A DNA stretch of 40,541 nt from a virus (taxonomy: Duplodnaviria > Caudoviricetes): positions 1 through 40,541 of the IMG/VR virus record IMGVR_UViG_3300005805_000178, one strand, 5' to 3'. Below the pieces are notes generated by a model. The model searched no databases, was not told where the DNA came from, and worked only from the letters and a program-made list of their open reading frames with translations. Shown here one piece after another: positions 36,995-40,541 of the stretch (position 1 is the stretch's first letter; each line of letters begins with the position of its first letter). The translations under genes were made by a program, and so were the position numbers.

Positions 36995-37569
36995 GGCTTC
37001 TTTTTTTTAGGTTTAGAGGGGATGGTCTTAGGTTTAAACTTCTTTTCTAGACGCTTAGATACTTCCTCTCCTGACATCCAAATGTCTTTATTCTGTAAAA
37101 TGGAATTGATTTCCGTCTCGGTTAGAAATCCTGTATATACATCCTTCCACAATTTTCGACTCCATTCACGTTCATGAACTATATTGTCGTACATCTCACC
37201 GCCCTTCCCAAAACTTCCAGAGCTGTAGTTGTGGAACATGAACATGGAATGTTTGCTGATTTCAAAATGTTTGGCAGTCAAGAAAATCACAGTAGCGGCG
37301 CTCATACATGCACCTTCCACAGATGCCACGATGTTGGCTTTCGTTTCTGCGAATGTTCTCATGAATTGAATGGCAGTAAATAAATCACCGCCGTAACTGT
37401 TGATATGAATCACCACCACATCAGTTTCACTAGCATTTCTAATGGTTTCAAACCAGTGAATATATTCTGAAGGAGATTTAATTTCACCTGACAAGTAAAA
37501 TTTATGCACCTTAGAAATTGGGCGGTCTGTAAATGCATTAGTAATATTTAAATCCATGGGTTTTTCCAT
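36991..37569 (-). CDS. ClpP-family serine protease
   Basis: IHINSYGGD, GACMSAAT (catalytic Ser), FMFHN, KDIWM. Confidence 0.85.
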   Translation of the reverse strand: MEKPMDLNITNAFTDRPISKVHKFYLSGEIKSPSEYIHWFETIRNASETDVVVIHINSYGGDLFTAIQFMRTFAETKANIVASVEGACMSAATVIFLTAKHFEISKHSMFMFHNYSSGSFGKGGEMYDNIVHEREWSRKLWKDVYTGFLTETEINSILQNKDIWMSGEEVSKRLEKKFKPKTIPSKPKKKKP

Positions 37570-37579
37570 AATGTTTATC

Positions 37580-38413
37580 CTATAAAATTTTTCTATCGTG
37601 AATGAAGGATGCTAATATATCAGCTATAATACTATAACCAAACGCATTAGGATGCATAGGATGCGTCATTTGCGTCACTGTGCTTACATCATCTAAATCA
37701 TGCTCCCATATATTTTTCTTTTTTAGTTCCATCAATGTGTGTGAAAATGTTTTGTTTGTATTTTTATAAAATTTAAACCCATAATAGGGTATAGAATCAA
37801 TTAAATAGGATTTATCTTCCTTATCTAATATTGGATTAATCATAGAATCAAATGCATCACAAAAGACATAACGTATGTTATAACTTTTAAGCATCTCTTG
37901 TAGAAAACAAATATAATTTTGATTTATTATAGAATAATAATTACTGCTATATAAATTGGTTAAAAAAAATTTTTTATATTCCCTTAAAAAATTATCGTAG
38001 GTTTCATTTTCAGATTTGTAAGAATTTATAAAATTTTCTGGATGCTGCTTTAATTTTTGTTCTGACCAAGTTAGCCATTCCCCTGCAGGAAGAAATGGTA
38101 ATGGATCTCTCAGTGTAGAGCTCCACATAACTACAACAAAATCTTTTTCAGTGACCTTTTTTTCTTTTATATCCTCTACGGCCTTTTGAAAAATTTTATA
38201 GTTAGAACTTGCACTGACACCATGATTTTCCCATTCGAGACCTAGTTTACCAGCTAATTTTTTTACCCAAGAATGTTCATGTCTAAATTTAATTAACTCA
38301 GGAGTAGAAATAGGATGCCCACTTAAAGAAAACTCCTTTGACAAAGTTCTTTCTATTTTTAAATCACATCCTAATCCTTCAGTCCAACTATCACCATATG
38401 CATGAAGTTTCAT
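37580..38413 (-). CDS. SGNH/GDSL-like hypothetical protein
   Basis: AYGDSWTEG, NHGVSASSN, VMWS, MHPNAFG. Confidence 0.7.
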   Translation of the reverse strand: MKLHAYGDSWTEGLGCDLKIERTLSKEFSLSGHPISTPELIKFRHEHSWVKKLAGKLGLEWENHGVSASSNYKIFQKAVEDIKEKKVTEKDFVVVMWSSTLRDPLPFLPAGEWLTWSEQKLKQHPENFINSYKSENETYDNFLREYKKFFLTNLYSSNYYSIINQNYICFLQEMLKSYNIRYVFCDAFDSMINPILDKEDKSYLIDSIPYYGFKFYKNTNKTFSHTLMELKKKNIWEHDLDDVSTVTQMTHPMHPNAFGYSIIADILASFIHDRKIL

Positions 38414-39360
38414 GGTTTCTCCGATGTTTCAAATTCCTTTATTAGCTTATATACTTCTTCACTTATTATTTCTAATCCATTTTCGTTTGGATGTCCATCA
38501 GGTCTGAAATATTGTTTATCCAAGCTATCAATTTTATCTAGATATCCTGAATCCATTTTAGGTAGATATTTTTTATAGTAATCTTTAAAATGTTTCACAT
38601 ACAGCATAGAACTTTCCACAATATGTTTATTTCTTGAATCTGATTTACATATTTTTTTTATAGTATTGTCCATGTGTCCTAAACTATACAACTGATAAAA
38701 TCTTGTTTCATCTATTTCCTCACGCAAATCCCATTTGGTATTTACAATGTCATTTTCTAGTAAAGGTGTGAATGCCATGAAGTAGAAGGATTCGATACCA
38801 TGTTTTTTAAAGTAATATTGTAAAGCTATAGTTTGCAACTGTGTTTTAAAACACAAGTATTCGCTATGAAGATTTCTTACATATATTTCATGTAATGACC
38901 TAATTTCCTTTGTTTCTGTGTCTATAGAATCATAGACGAATGGCAAAGACGCACAATTATAAGGTCTAAAAATATTATTAAGCACATCAAAATTTCTTAT
39001 TTGCGTAGACCATCCAATCACTACTTTAATATCCGTCGCTTTAAGTTCATGAATTCTGCATAGATTAAAAGTATATTCATCATACAGGCACATAGTGTCC
39101 AAGCAATATTTAAATATATCATCATTAGAGCCACCGGCGGTAGATATATTTACTACACAATCATACCCCATTTTTTCAGCTAAACGATATGTCCAGCATC
39201 TACTTGGATATAAATTTCCAGGAGGTGCATAATTAATGTCCTCCATGTATGTATTATTGGTCCAACTATCACCGAACGCAAATATAATTTTTTTGTTTTG
39301 ATAATAATTTCTTTTAACCCGTTCTAAAAAATCCTCTACATAACAAACATAGTCTATCAT
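38410..39360 (-). CDS. SGNH/GDSL-like hypothetical protein
   Basis: AFGDSWT, NISTAGGSN, IGWS, DGHPNENG. Confidence 0.7.
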   Translation of the reverse strand: MIDYVCYVEDFLERVKRNYYQNKKIIFAFGDSWTNNTYMEDINYAPPGNLYPSRCWTYRLAEKMGYDCVVNISTAGGSNDDIFKYCLDTMCLYDEYTFNLCRIHELKATDIKVVIGWSTQIRNFDVLNNIFRPYNCASLPFVYDSIDTETKEIRSLHEIYVRNLHSEYLCFKTQLQTIALQYYFKKHGIESFYFMAFTPLLENDIVNTKWDLREEIDETRFYQLYSLGHMDNTIKKICKSDSRNKHIVESSMLYVKHFKDYYKKYLPKMDSGYLDKIDSLDKQYFRPDGHPNENGLEIISEEVYKLIKEFETSEKP

Positions 39361-39719
39361 GTACGGGTAACCTGTAGAATCCTGTCAATTTGTTTTTGAA
39401 TAATATCCTTGCGATTCGGCCAATGAATATATTCCTTGTCAGGATTCTTTTGAAGATTGTAAAGAAGTGGGAGAATCATTTGCTCCACTTGCTGTAACTT
39501 ACCACGAACCTCAGATGTAATCAATTGTTTATGTTGTTCAATCAAAGCTGTGGTATCACCTGTGGTTAACTCTTCCAGCTTATTTTCTAATGCAGAAATT
39601 TTGTCTAAAAGTTCACTCCTAAATTCTACATCTTGCTCTGTGGATTGTACTGGTGCCGGGGGTGTTCCTAAATCATCATCGGCAAATGTAAATCCAAAAT
39701 CGAAATCGTTATCTGACAC
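39357..39719 (-). CDS. Conserved T4-like hypothetical protein
   Basis: DFDFGFT...ILPLLYNLQKNPDKEYIHWPNR. Confidence 0.75.
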   Translation of the reverse strand: MSDNDFDFGFTFADDDLGTPPAPVQSTEQDVEFRSELLDKISALENKLEELTTGDTTALIEQHKQLITSEVRGKLQQVEQMILPLLYNLQKNPDKEYIHWPNRKDIIQKQIDRILQVTRT

Positions 39720-40245
39720 GTGGCATCCTGCGTTGGAGTTTCTTTTGTTTCTTCTTTAACTTATTTATTTCCCACCGCAACTTAAAATTCGAAGCGTGAT
39801 GCGTGAAATTTAATCCTTCCATGTGGTCATATTCATGTAGTACCACCCGAGCCGCTATGTTTCGATATGTGGTATGCTGTGTGGTGCCTGTAACATCCTG
39901 ATATTCTACCACAACCTCAGAGGGGCGTTTTAATGTTAACATGAATCCTGGAAATGATAGACAACCCTCCTCCATTGTAGTTTCTTCCTTACTTACTCCG
40001 ATGACTACAGGATTGAATAATGCATATCGCTGTTCTTGATTACCAAACACAAACACACGATATGGTAATCCCACTTGATTGGCAGACAAACCATAACCAT
40101 TCAACTGAAGCATTTTTCTATATAACACTTCTGCCAACTCCTCGGCCTTATCACCATCTTTTTGAAAATCAAACTCAGGAGGACGAGTGGTCATTCTTGG
40201 GTCAGCAAAATGTATCAAATGTAATTCATCAATATTCCAATTCAT
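39709..40245 (-). CDS. def: Peptide deformylase
   Basis: GYGLSANQVG, EGCLS, HEYDHMEG. Confidence 0.95.
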   Translation of the reverse strand: MNWNIDELHLIHFADPRMTTRPPEFDFQKDGDKAEELAEVLYRKMLQLNGYGLSANQVGLPYRVFVFGNQEQRYALFNPVVIGVSKEETTMEEGCLSFPGFMLTLKRPSEVVVEYQDVTGTTQHTTYRNIAARVVLHEYDHMEGLNFTHHASNFKLRWEINKLKKKQKKLQRRMPRVR

Positions 40246-40253
40246 ATTTCCTC

Positions 40254-40541
40254 TTATGCAATTACAGAAAAATTCTGTCGTTTAGTGAACTTCACCACAT
40301 GAGCAAACTTGTCGAACAACTGGTCACCTTTATGCGAGATAACCCACACATTTGTTCCTTCACCTAATGTATTCAATAATGTCATCACATATTCTGTAGC
40401 ACTATTATCTAAGCTACTATCAAAGACTTCATCAAGAATAAGCAGATTAGTGCTAGCACTATTCTTAAGCTTAGCGATTGTGCGCCACGTAAACAGAAGC
40501 GCCAAATCAATTCTTTGTTTCTCGCCTTCACTAAAGCTTTC
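40254..40541 (-). CDS. 46: Recombination endonuclease ATPase subunit gp46 (C-terminal part, 5'-truncated)
   Basis: SFSEGEKQRIDLALLFTWR, LILDEVFDSSLD, VISHKGD. Confidence 0.93.
   Translation of the reverse strand, partial: ESFSEGEKQRIDLALLFTWRTIAKLKNSASTNLLILDEVFDSSLDNSATEYVMTLLNTLGEGTNVWVISHKGDQLFDKFAHVVKFTKRQNFSVIA

Noticed and set aside
15-40367. Numerous plus-strand ORFs (e.g. 10845..11660, 34915..35769, 35974..36726)
   Set aside because: Antisense shadows of well-supported minus-strand genes; no recognisable motifs
1-40541. Stop-codon reassignment
   Set aside because: Core genes are full length in the standard code and TAA, TGA and TAG all end genes

Overview
40.5-kb fragment of a T4-like (T4 superfamily) tailed dsDNA phage, with essentially all real genes on the minus strand. 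In transcription order (right to left): gp46 C-terminus, peptide deformylase, two SGNH-like proteins, ClpP-like protease, CobT-like peptidase/VWA protein and CobS/MoxR AAA+ ATPase, SpoU methyltransferase, TagD-like cytidylyltransferase, the replisome block gp45-gp44-gp62-regA-hsp20-gp43-uvsX-(gp40-like)-gp41, small early genes, a late block (ligase-like/cytidylyltransferase fusion, structural proteins, GH19 endolysin, candidate internal head proteins), primase gp61, and a nucleotide module (thyX, MazG-like, class II RNR nrdJ, thioredoxin). The most striking signals are non-coding. (1) Several sigma70-type promoters have a spacer/-10 complementary to downstream sequence, so read-through and promoter-initiated transcripts should fold differently; this includes an RBS-occluding hairpin at primase, a terminator at cobT and a perfect 19-bp inverted repeat bracketing hsp20. 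(2) A 27-bp imperfect palindrome containing an IHF-consensus site lies 7-8 bp upstream of four -35 boxes. (3) A ROSE-like RNA thermometer precedes hsp20. Dispersed AT-rich glycosyltransferase-like and SGNH-like genes and a mucin-like Thr-rich virion protein are also notable. No tRNA, rRNA, CRISPR array, intein or integrase was recognised. Family calls come from motif recognition, not database searches.
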